Shown piece after piece: positions 39,648 through 48,349 of a stretch of 64,000 nt of DNA (its first letter is position 1; each line of letters starts with the position of its first letter). Both the position numbers and the translations under genes were made by a program. The notes beneath the pieces were generated by a model that searched no databases, was not told the DNA's origin, and saw nothing but the letters and a program-made list of their open reading frames with translations. Source of the DNA: Bacilli bacterium (lineage in GTDB: Bacteria > Bacillota_I > Bacilli_A > RF39 > UBA660); the NCBI GenBank assembly GCA_047971315.1, contig JBKDZP010000004.1:71717-135716 (forward strand). The letters run 5' to 3'.

Positions 39648-39665
39648 TGTGGAAAGTGTGGAAAA
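39648..39665. other. two adjacent DnaA-box-like 9-mers (dnaA-dnaN spacer, oriC part 2)
   Basis: tgtggaaag and tgtggaaaa, whose reverse complements CTTTCCACA and TTTTCCACA compare with the consensus TTATCCACA. A further box, taattcaca, lies at 39737-39745. Confidence 0.6.
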
Positions 39666-39748
39666 TATAATTTTTTCTTTATATTTAAAGTAATTTTCTA
39701 TTTTAATAATATTAATAATTTGTTGAAAAGTGTAAATAATTCACATGT

Positions 39749-41101
39749 TTACTTTATTTGACTTATTATTTTATCAATTTCTATGTTTAACTCTGGATTA
39801 GTTTTCAACTGTTTTTTAATTTTATCCACAGAATGAATTACAGTCGTATGATCTTTTCCACCAAACTCAATACCTATTTTAGGTAATGACTCTTCTAAAT
39901 AAGTTCTACAAATATACATTGCTATTTGTCTTGGAAAAGAAATATTTGTAATTCTTCTTTTGCTTTTTAATTCTTCAATAGTTATATTATAAGAAGCAGC
40001 AACTAATTGTTGAACCTGGTCTATTTTATTTTTTGAAATAATACTTTTTACAAAATAGTCTTTTAAAGATTCAATTGACAATTCAAGAGTTATATCACTT
40101 CCACTCATCATTGTAGCATAAGCAACTACCCTAGTAATTGCACCTTCTAATTTTCTAATATCACTTGTACAATTACTAGCAATATATTCTTTTACTTCTA
40201 TTGGAAAAGGGCTTGCTAACATATGACTCTCTACTTTTTTATCAATTATATTCATCCTCAATTTAAAATCTGGTTGTTTAATGTTAATTGTAAGTCCCCA
40301 GTTAAATCTAGTTCTTAATCTATCTTCTAATAGTTTTAAATCGTCAGGTGATCTATCGGATGATATAATAATTTGTTTATTCTTACCATATAAATCATTA
40401 AAAGTATTAAAAAATTCCTGTTGTGTTTTTGCCATACTTCCTAAATACTGAATATCATCTATAATTAAAACATCAATATCTCTATATTTTTTTTTAAATA
40501 TATCGACACTATCAAAATTATTTCCAACTTCTGATTTTTTTGTAATTCCCACAAAATCAGATACAAATTTTTCACTAGTTACATATAGTACTGTTTTCTT
40601 TTCATTTTTTAAAATAAAATTTCCAATAGCATGCATTAAATGAGTTTTACCTAATCCAGAATTTCCATATATAAATAAAGGATTATACATATTTCCCGGC
40701 TTTTCTGCAACAGCTAAAGCTGTTGCTTTAGCAAATTTATTAGATTCCCCTACTATAAAATTTGAAAAATTATATTGTGAATTTAAATTTGTTTCAAAAG
40801 AAGAAATAGATGGAACTCCTATTATATCTGTATTAATTTCTATATTTGTATCTATTTCTTCTTTTGTAAAATAATCAAATTTAAAATTAGTTCCAGATAC
40901 ATCTGTAAATATTTCTTGAATTAAATCATTGTAATTTTCTTTTAAACTCTTTTTATGGATATGCATTGGCACTATAACTTTAGCAACATTATTAGAAAGT
41001 TCAAATAATTTAGTTTCTAAAAACCAAGTTTCAAAAGAAACAGGAGAAATTTCATTTTTTATTTTATCTAAAAATGTATTCCATAAATTAGTATTATTCA
41101 T
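39749..41101 (-). CDS. dnaA: chromosomal replication initiator DnaA
   Basis: Start at ATG 41099-41101 (MNNTNLWNTF...) after AGGGGTG. Contains the AAA+ motif GNSGLGKTHL, IDDIQ and the domain IV motif GGKDHTTVIHS. Confidence 0.95.
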   Translation of the reverse strand: MNNTNLWNTFLDKIKNEISPVSFETWFLETKLFELSNNVAKVIVPMHIHKKSLKENYNDLIQEIFTDVSGTNFKFDYFTKEEIDTNIEINTDIIGVPSISSFETNLNSQYNFSNFIVGESNKFAKATALAVAEKPGNMYNPLFIYGNSGLGKTHLMHAIGNFILKNEKKTVLYVTSEKFVSDFVGITKKSEVGNNFDSVDIFKKKYRDIDVLIIDDIQYLGSMAKTQQEFFNTFNDLYGKNKQIIISSDRSPDDLKLLEDRLRTRFNWGLTINIKQPDFKLRMNIIDKKVESHMLASPFPIEVKEYIASNCTSDIRKLEGAITRVVAYATMMSGSDITLELSIESLKDYFVKSIISKNKIDQVQQLVAASYNITIEELKSKRRITNISFPRQIAMYICRTYLEESLPKIGIEFGGKDHTTVIHSVDKIKKQLKTNPELNIEIDKIISQIK

Positions 41102-41119
41102 ATATAACACCCCTGTCAC

Positions 41120-41480
41120 CTAAATTTCTACCTATATTCTACAATATTTTAAATGAAAATAAAAGAAAAAAATTAAAAAAATGTGGAAAAATGAAAATTA
41201 ACATATAATTAACAAAATTATCCACATAAAAAAATTATAAAAATAAATAAAATATTACAATTTCAACATTTTTGTTAATAAAAATTTCAACATAAAAAAT
41301 ATGTGTTATTTAATTATACACAACTTATGTGTATAATGTACTTAAATATTGAATTATAATATAAAAATATGTTAAAAACTATGTTAACAAAAATTTCATA
41401 ATATTTTAATTAAATTAATAAAACATATTATTATAATTTTATATTTAAAACCAAGAATATTTAAAGTGAAAAAAAAATAT
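41120..41480. other. oriC: oriC part 1: DnaA-box cluster and extremely AT-rich tract upstream of dnaA
   Basis: A perfect TTATCCACA lies at 41218-41226 and tgtggaaaa at 41182-41190. Further boxes are ttatacaca/tgtgtataa (41323-41346) and a repeated aatttcaacat (about 41259 and about 41283). No ORFs are present. Confidence 0.7.
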
Positions 41481-41488
41481 TAAAAATC

Positions 41489-41517
41489 TTGACAAAATAA
41501 ATTATTATCTATATAAT
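41489..41517 (+). promoter_or_regulatory. consensus sigma-A promoter of rpmH
   Basis: TTGACA (41489-41494), a 17-nt spacer, then TATAAT (41512-41517). Confidence 0.65.
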
Positions 41518-41564
41518 GTTAAGAGCAAACAGGAAAAAGTAAAATAAGATCAGGAGGTGGATTT

Positions 41565-41687
41565 ATGAAAAGAACATTCCAACCAAATAATAGAAAAAGA
41601 AGTAAAAAACAAGGATTTTTTGCACGTATGAAAACTAATATATTAAATAGAAGAAGAAGAAAAGGACGTAAAGTATTGTCTCATTAA
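41565..41687 (+). CDS. rpmH: 50S ribosomal protein L34 (short, 40 aa); absent from the ORF track
   Basis: [40 protein letters not shown], following the RBS AGGAGGTGG. Confidence 0.9.
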   Translation: MKRTFQPNNRKRSKKQGFFARMKTNILNRRRRKGRKVLSH

Positions 41688-41693
41688 AAAATT

Positions 41694-41717
41694 CCACTGT
41701 CAAAACAGTGGTTTTTT
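41694..41717 (+). terminator. hairpin plus T-run between rpmH and rnpA
   Basis: The sequence ccactgt-caaa-acagtgg is followed by tttttt. Confidence 0.55.
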
Positions 41718-41748
41718 CAACACAATATTAAATAGAAAGATTGATATT

Positions 41749-42093
41749 ATGAAAAAAATAAATATATTAAAAAGTAATAATGATTATAATAGAATAATCC
41801 AAAATAATATTCCTTTTAAAAATAAAGAATATATGATTTTTATTGAAAAAAATATCAATGATGTATATAAATTTGGGTTTTCAGTAAGTAAAAAATTATG
41901 TGGTGCTGTAAATAGAAATAGATTAAAAAGACAATTAAAGTCTATAATTGATAAAAATGACTATCAAAATAATTTTAATTGTATTATAATGATAAGGAAA
42001 AGTATTTTAAATTGTAGTTATGAACAAATGGAAATTAGTTTAAATGAATGTCTAAAAAAAATTAACATTATAAAAAAAGGAGAAAAAAAATGA
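41749..42093 (+). CDS. rnpA: ribonuclease P protein component
   Basis: 114 aa. Contains FGFSVSKKLCGAVNRNRLKRQLK (the RNR motif). Follows rpmH. Confidence 0.85.
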   Translation: MKKINILKSNNDYNRIIQNNIPFKNKEYMIFIEKNINDVYKFGFSVSKKLCGAVNRNRLKRQLKSIIDKNDYQNNFNCIIMIRKSILNCSYEQMEISLNECLKKINIIKKGEKK

Positions 42094-43040
42094 AAAAAAA
42101 ATATTTAAAAATTTTAATAGCTTGTTTTTTAGTAATTAATTTTACTGGATGTACTCAATATCTAAAAACTGAAGATAATAAAATAATAAAAAATAGTGAA
42201 ACGGGTCAAAATTTACCACAAAATATACTTTGTAAACCTACAGATAAAAAAACTATCAAAATATATGAAGATTATAATCAAACATCAATTGATGAATTAA
42301 AAGTAAATTTAGAAAGTCTACCAGCTTGTGATAAACTATCACCAACTGAAGGAAATTATGAAGGAATTTGGACATCAGTATTTGTAAAACCATTAGCTTT
42401 CTTAATCATTCAAATAGGAATATTAGTTAAAAGTTATGGTTTTGGACTTATCATAGCAACTTTATTAATTAGAGGAGTAGTTTGGCCATTTACAAAAAAA
42501 ACTGCAATGCAATCCGAATTATTAAAAAAAGCAAGACCAGAATTAGATAAATTAGAAAATAAATATAAAAATAATAAATCAAATGAAGCAATGATGCAAA
42601 AATCTCAAGAAATGATGATGATTTATAAAAAATATAATATAAGTCCATTATCTGGATGTCTATTTTCATTTATTCAAATACCATTATTTTTTGCTTTTTA
42701 TGAAGCAATTAGTAGAATACCAGCAATTTTTGAAGAAACATTTTTAGGGTTTCAATTAGGAACAAGCCCATTAACAGCACTATTATCTGGAAAATATTAT
42801 TATTTAATTTTTATTGTACTAATAGTAGCAGCTACATATTTCTCATTTAAATTAAATAGTTCCATGTCAGTAAGTAAAGAACAAGAAAAACAAATGAAAA
42901 TGATGACAAATATTATGGTAATATTTATGACCATAACAGCATTTTCAATATCATCAGGAATAGCAATTTATTGGATTACATCTAATTTATTCACAATTGT
43001 TCAAAATTTATTGGTAAGGAGAAATAAAAAAAATGATTAA
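42090..43040 (+). CDS. yidC: membrane protein insertase YidC/SpoIIIJ-type lipoprotein
   Basis: 316 aa. Lipobox NFTGC. Contains the conserved WPF, PLSGCL and IYWITSNLFTIVQ. Confidence 0.9.
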   Translation: MKKKYLKILIACFLVINFTGCTQYLKTEDNKIIKNSETGQNLPQNILCKPTDKKTIKIYEDYNQTSIDELKVNLESLPACDKLSPTEGNYEGIWTSVFVKPLAFLIIQIGILVKSYGFGLIIATLLIRGVVWPFTKKTAMQSELLKKARPELDKLENKYKNNKSNEAMMQKSQEMMMIYKKYNISPLSGCLFSFIQIPLFFAFYEAISRIPAIFEETFLGFQLGTSPLTALLSGKYYYLIFIVLIVAATYFSFKLNSSMSVSKEQEKQMKMMTNIMVIFMTITAFSISSGIAIYWITSNLFTIVQNLLVRRNKKND

Positions 43041-43647
43041 TATACTTGAATATGAAGGAAAAACAGAAACAGAAGCTTTTAATAATTGTTTAAAAGATTT
43101 AAAATGTAGTGAAAAAGAATTATTAATTAGATATGAAATAGAAGAAGGTAATTTATTTAAAAAGAAAAAATATATTTTATATGCTATAAAAAAAGAAAAT
43201 ATAAAAATATATATAACAAATTTTTTTGAAGAATTTTCGGATTTGATGAATATTAATATAACATCAGAAATAATTGAAAATGATTATAGCTATAATATAA
43301 CTTTAGTATCAGCACAAAATTCTATTTTAATTGGTAGGGAAGGTAAGACTTTAAATGCTATTCAAACATTATTAAGACAAATCATAAAAAATCAGACAAA
43401 AATAAATTTGAAAATTAATGTTGATATTTCAAACTATAAATTAAAAAAATTAAAAAATTTAGAAAATGAAATAAAAAAAATAGCAGAAGATATTTTAAAA
43501 AATAAAATACATGTTTCACTTGATACAATGAATTCAAATGAAAGAAGAATGATTCACAGTTTAATTTCTAATTACAATCATCTACAAACTGAGAGTGTAG
43601 GAGATGGTAAAGAAAGACATATTGTTATAAAATATAAGGAAATATAA
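43033..43647 (+). CDS. jag: Jag/KhpB RNA-binding protein (KH plus R3H)
   Basis: 204 aa. Contains LIGREGKTLNAIQ (KH) and the R3H motif ERRMIHSL. Follows yidC. Confidence 0.85.
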   Translation: MINILEYEGKTETEAFNNCLKDLKCSEKELLIRYEIEEGNLFKKKKYILYAIKKENIKIYITNFFEEFSDLMNINITSEIIENDYSYNITLVSAQNSILIGREGKTLNAIQTLLRQIIKNQTKINLKINVDISNYKLKKLKNLENEIKKIAEDILKNKIHVSLDTMNSNERRMIHSLISNYNHLQTESVGDGKERHIVIKYKEI

Positions 43648-43715
43648 TTATAAGTTATATTTTTCTTTTGACTTTATTGACTATAAATTTTTTTTAATGT
43701 AAACTAAATAAAGAA

Positions 43716-44234
43716 ATGAGGAAAATGATGAATACCAATCATAAATTAGAATACTATCAAATTGTATATGAAGTATTAGAAAATTATGAATTTCAAAAAA
43801 GAAAAAAATATAAACATCACGGAGATATAAGTGTATATCACCATTCACTAAAAGTTTCAAAACTAGGATTTAAAATTGCAAAAATTCTTAATTTAAACCA
43901 TAAAAATATAGCAATAGCAGGATTATTACATGATTTTTATAATAATCCATGGCAAGAAAATAAAGAAAAAAAGAAAATATTAGAAAAACATGGATTTACT
44001 CATGCATCTGAAGCATTAGAAAATTCAAAATTATATTTTCCACACTTAATGAATAATAAGATAGAAAATAGTATAGAAAGACACATGTTTCCTCTAAATA
44101 AAATACCACCAAAATGTAGTGAAGCATGGGTAATAACATTAGCAGATAAAATAATTTCGATAGAAGACCTTTTTAAAACAAGAAATATTTCAACAGTAAT
44201 AGGGTTAAAAATTAAATTTAGAAAGGAAATTTAA
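43716..44234 (+). CDS. HD-domain phosphohydrolase
   Basis: 172 aa. Contains H...HSLKVS...LLHDFY.... Confidence 0.7.
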   Translation: MRKMMNTNHKLEYYQIVYEVLENYEFQKRKKYKHHGDISVYHHSLKVSKLGFKIAKILNLNHKNIAIAGLLHDFYNNPWQENKEKKKILEKHGFTHASEALENSKLYFPHLMNNKIENSIERHMFPLNKIPPKCSEAWVITLADKIISIEDLFKTRNISTVIGLKIKFRKEI

Positions 44235-44235
44235 A

Positions 44236-45591
44236 ATGGAAGATACAATAGTAGCAGTTTCAACAGCTCTGGGAGTTGGAGCAATATCAATAATTAGAGT
44301 TAGCGGAAAAGAATCAATTAAAATTGTAAATAAAATTTTTAAAGGTGATGATTTAGAAAAGAAAAGCACTCATACCATCAATTATGGTTATATTGTAGAA
44401 AATAATGAAAAAATTGATGAAGTTTTAGTAATGTTAATGAAAGAACCAAGAACATATACAAAAGAAAATATTGTAGAAATTAACTGTCATGGTGGAATTG
44501 CAACAACAAATAAAGTATTAGAAATATTATTAAAAAAAGGATGTAGGCTTGCAAATCCTGGTGAATTTACTAAAAGAGCTTTTTTAAATGGAAGAATTGA
44601 TTTACAACATGCAGAAGGAATAATGGACTTAATTGAATCTAAAACAGAATTATCTAGAAAACAATCAATTTTAGCAGTATCTGGAAACGTTTCAAAATTA
44701 ATTAAAGAACTTAGACAAGAAATAATTGAAATTTTAGCAAATATAGAAGTTAATATAGATTTTCCCGAATACGAAGATATTGAAGAAATGACCTTAAATC
44801 ATATTATAATTAAAATGCATAATATAAAACAACAAATAGAAAAAATAATAAAAGAAAGTAAAAATGGAAAGATTATAAAAGAAGGAATTAATGTTGCAAT
44901 AATAGGTAAGCCAAATGTAGGTAAGAGTAGTTTACTTAATGAACTATTAGAAGAAGAAAAAGCAATAGTAACAAATATAGAAGGAACAACAAGAGATACA
45001 GTTGAAGGTCAAATTAATTTAGATGGTATTATGTTGAATATAATAGATACTGCAGGTATTAGAGAAACTAGTGATATAGTTGAAAAAATAGGTGTAGATA
45101 AAAGTTTAAAATTAATAAGTACAGCGGATCTAATATTATTTATGATAAATAATAATGAAAAATTAACAACTGAAGAAAAAATATTATTTGAAAAAATAAA
45201 AGACAAGAATAATATAGTAATAGTTAATAAAACAGATTTATTAAGTGAATTAAACGTAAATGATATAAAAATAGAAAATTTGATATATATGAGTACATTA
45301 AATAAAACAGGAATAGAAGAATTAAAAAATAAAATAAAGGAAATTTTTAATCTAGAACAAATAGTAACAAATGAACTAACTTATTTGACAAATGCTAGAA
45401 GTATTGGAATACTAGAAGAAATATTAACAAGTATAGATCAAATAGAAAATGGAATAAAAAATGAATTTCCAATCGATATATTAGAAATAGATTTAAAAAA
45501 TATTTGGGAAAAACTTGGTGAAATAATAGGTATAAGTTATAAAGAAGAGTTAATAGACCAATTATTTAGTCAATTTTGTTTAGGAAAGTAG
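44236..45591 (+). CDS. mnmE: tRNA modification GTPase MnmE
   Basis: 451 aa. G-domain GKPNVGKSS, DTAGIR and NKTD. C-terminal CLGK. Confidence 0.95.
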   Translation: MEDTIVAVSTALGVGAISIIRVSGKESIKIVNKIFKGDDLEKKSTHTINYGYIVENNEKIDEVLVMLMKEPRTYTKENIVEINCHGGIATTNKVLEILLKKGCRLANPGEFTKRAFLNGRIDLQHAEGIMDLIESKTELSRKQSILAVSGNVSKLIKELRQEIIEILANIEVNIDFPEYEDIEEMTLNHIIIKMHNIKQQIEKIIKESKNGKIIKEGINVAIIGKPNVGKSSLLNELLEEEKAIVTNIEGTTRDTVEGQINLDGIMLNIIDTAGIRETSDIVEKIGVDKSLKLISTADLILFMINNNEKLTTEEKILFEKIKDKNNIVIVNKTDLLSELNVNDIKIENLIYMSTLNKTGIEELKNKIKEIFNLEQIVTNELTYLTNARSIGILEEILTSIDQIENGIKNEFPIDILEIDLKNIWEKLGEIIGISYKEELIDQLFSQFCLGK

Positions 45592-45682
45592 AAGTTTATC
45601 AAAATAAAGTTCTTTTATAAATTATATATTTATTGTTAATTAAAAACATAGTATAATATGTTAAGAAAAAAGGACGTGAAAT

Positions 45683-47557
45683 ATGAAATATGAAATAATT
45701 GTTGTAGGTGGAGGACATGCAGGATGTGAAGCAGCTTTAGCATCAGCCAGACTAGGACATAAGACATTATTAATTACTGGAAATATTAAAAATATAGCAG
45801 ATATGCCATGTAATCCATCAATTGGAGGAAGTGCAAAAGGAATAGTAGTAAGAGAAATTGATGCATTAGGCGGAGAAATGGGAATTAATGCTGATAAAAC
45901 TCAAATACAAATAAAAATGCTTAATTATAAAAAGGGACCAGCAATACAAGCACTAAGAGCACAGGCAGATAAAATAACTTATCCACAGGAAATGTTAAAA
46001 GTTTTGAAAAATACTAATAATTTAGAAATAAAAGAAGCAATTGTAGAAAATTTAATTGTGGAAAACTCTAAAGTTTTGGGGATAACTACCGAAAATGAAG
46101 AAAATATTTACTCTAATTCTGTTATTCTTACAACTGGAACATATTTAAAATCAGATATTTTAGTAGGTGATACAAGAAGAAGAGAAGGACCTCATGGTGA
46201 ATTACCAAGTAACTATTTAAGTGAAAATTTAGCTAAATTAGGATTTGAAATAAAAAGATTAAAAACAGGAACACCACAAAGAATAAAAGCTTCAACAATT
46301 GATTTTAGTAAAACTAAACTTGAACCAGGTGACCAAATTTACCATACCTTTAGTTTTGATAATATACCAAATTATAAAATAGAAGATCAATTACCTTGTC
46401 ACTTAATTTATACTACCTCATTAACACATCAAATTATAAAAGAAAATTTAAATAAATCAAGTATGTATGGTGGACTAACAGATATAAAAGGAATAGGTCC
46501 AAGATATTGTCCTTCAATTGAAGATAAAGTAGTTAGATTTCAAGATAAAGAAAGACATCAACTTTTTTTAGAACCGGAAAGTAGATATCATGATGACATA
46601 TATATACAAGGATTTTCAACAAGTATGCCATATGATGTCCAAGATCAAATGGTTCATAGTTTACCAGGTTTAGAAAATGCTCAAATACTAAAATATGCTT
46701 ATGCTATTGAATATGATTCAATTTATCCAACTCAATTAAAACAAACATTAGAAACAAAAATAATAGAAAATTTGTACACTGCTGGACAAATTAATGGAAC
46801 AAGTGGGTATGAAGAAGCAGCATGTCAAGGGCTGATTGCAGGTATAAATGCTTCTTTAAAATTAAAAGGAAAAGAACCATTAATTTTAAAAAGAAACGAA
46901 GCATATATAGGAGTATTAATAGATGATTTAGTAACAAAAGGTATCAGAGATCCATATCGTTTATTAACTTCAAGAGCTGAATACCGTTTATTATTAAGAC
47001 ATGATAATGCAGATTTAAGATTAAGAGAATATGGATATAAAGTGGGTTTAATCAATGAAGAAAAATATAATAAGATGATTAATAAAAAAGAGAAAATAAA
47101 TGATTTAACAAATATATTATTACAAAATAAAATAACTCCTACAAAAGAAATAAATGAATTATTAGTAATGAATAATCTAACACCAATAAAAGATGGAATT
47201 AATTTATATAATCTATTAAAAAGACCAGAAATAAATTTGGATTTCATAAATAATTTTATAAAGATAGAATATTCAAAAGAAGTAATAGAACAAGTTGAAA
47301 TAAACATTAAATATGAAGGATACATAGAAAAAGCAAATAAAGAAGCAGAAAAAATGATTAAATTAGAAACAAAACAAATTCCAAAAAGTATTGACTATGA
47401 TAAAATAAAAAATATAGCTTCAGAAGCAAGACAAAAATTAAAAGAAGTAAATCCAACCTCAATTGGTCAAGCAATAAGAATTAGTGGAGTAAATCCTGCA
47501 GATATTTCGATTTTGATGGTTTATTTAAAAAAGGAGTATCCAAATGAATCAAATTAA
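45683..47557 (+). CDS. mnmG: tRNA uridine 5-carboxymethylaminomethyl modification enzyme MnmG
   Basis: 624 aa. FAD motif [12 protein letters not shown], with the family pattern throughout. Confidence 0.95.
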   Translation: MKYEIIVVGGGHAGCEAALASARLGHKTLLITGNIKNIADMPCNPSIGGSAKGIVVREIDALGGEMGINADKTQIQIKMLNYKKGPAIQALRAQADKITYPQEMLKVLKNTNNLEIKEAIVENLIVENSKVLGITTENEENIYSNSVILTTGTYLKSDILVGDTRRREGPHGELPSNYLSENLAKLGFEIKRLKTGTPQRIKASTIDFSKTKLEPGDQIYHTFSFDNIPNYKIEDQLPCHLIYTTSLTHQIIKENLNKSSMYGGLTDIKGIGPRYCPSIEDKVVRFQDKERHQLFLEPESRYHDDIYIQGFSTSMPYDVQDQMVHSLPGLENAQILKYAYAIEYDSIYPTQLKQTLETKIIENLYTAGQINGTSGYEEAACQGLIAGINASLKLKGKEPLILKRNEAYIGVLIDDLVTKGIRDPYRLLTSRAEYRLLLRHDNADLRLREYGYKVGLINEEKYNKMINKKEKINDLTNILLQNKITPTKEINELLVMNNLTPIKDGINLYNLLKRPEINLDFINNFIKIEYSKEVIEQVEINIKYEGYIEKANKEAEKMIKLETKQIPKSIDYDKIKNIASEARQKLKEVNPTSIGQAIRISGVNPADISILMVYLKKEYPNESN

Positions 47558-48245
47558 ATTTATAGAAGAACTTGAAAAAATAGGAATTAATTTAAATGAA
47601 ATTCAACTTGAACAACTAAATCAATACTATGAATTGTTAATAGAATATAATAAAGTAATGAATCTAACGGGGATTACAGAAAAAGAGCAAGTATATCTAA
47701 AACATTTTTATGATAGCTTAACAATTATTAAAGTAATAAATTTAAAAAAAATAAATAGTTTATGTGACATTGGAACAGGAGCAGGTTTTCCTGGTCTTGT
47801 AATTAAAATAGTTTTTCCTAATATTAAAATAACATTATTAGATTCATTAAATAAAAGAATTGAATTTTTAAATCAAGTAATAAAAGAATTAAAACTTGAA
47901 AATATTAAAACAATTCATACTAGAGCAGAAGAATACTCTATAAAAAATCGAAATAAATTTGATATTACAACTGCAAGAGCTGTTGCTCATTTATCAATTC
48001 TTCTTGAATATGCAATACCAATGACAAAAATAAATGGTTATTTTATAGCCCTAAAAGGAAATGTAAAAGAAGAAATAAAAGAAATTGAAAATGCCATTAA
48101 AGAATTAAAATTAGAACTTGAAAAAATAGTTGAACTAAACTTACCAGTAGAAGAGAGTAATAGAACTATTATATCTTTTAAAAAATTAAAAGATATAAAA
48201 AAATATCCAAGAAAAAATAGTGAGATAAAAAGACAACGATTATAA
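47544..48245 (+). CDS. rsmG: 16S rRNA (guanine527-N7)-methyltransferase
   Basis: 233 aa. Contains [10 protein letters not shown]. Follows mnmG. Confidence 0.9.
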   Translation: MNQIKFIEELEKIGINLNEIQLEQLNQYYELLIEYNKVMNLTGITEKEQVYLKHFYDSLTIIKVINLKKINSLCDIGTGAGFPGLVIKIVFPNIKITLLDSLNKRIEFLNQVIKELKLENIKTIHTRAEEYSIKNRNKFDITTARAVAHLSILLEYAIPMTKINGYFIALKGNVKEEIKEIENAIKELKLELEKIVELNLPVEESNRTIISFKKLKDIKKYPRKNSEIKRQRL

Positions 48246-48270
48246 AACCATTAAATAAATGGTTTTTTTT
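48245..48270 (+). terminator. intrinsic terminator after rsmG
   Basis: The sequence aaaccatt-aaata-aatggttt is followed by a T-run. Confidence 0.6.
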
Positions 48271-48273
48271 AAA

Positions 48274-48312
48274 ATATTTCCCAAAATATATTGTAATATT
48301 TCCCAAAATATA
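48274..48312 (+). repeat. two identical 17-bp direct repeats (ATATTTCCCAAAATATA), 22 bp apart, in the noc-like promoter
   Basis: Copies lie at 48274-48290 and 48296-48312. Each contains ATTTCCC, one half of the Noc-binding palindrome ATTTCCCGGGAAAT. Confidence 0.6.
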
Positions 48313-48349
48313 GTATTATTAATTATAAGAATAGAAATGGGGAAAAAAA

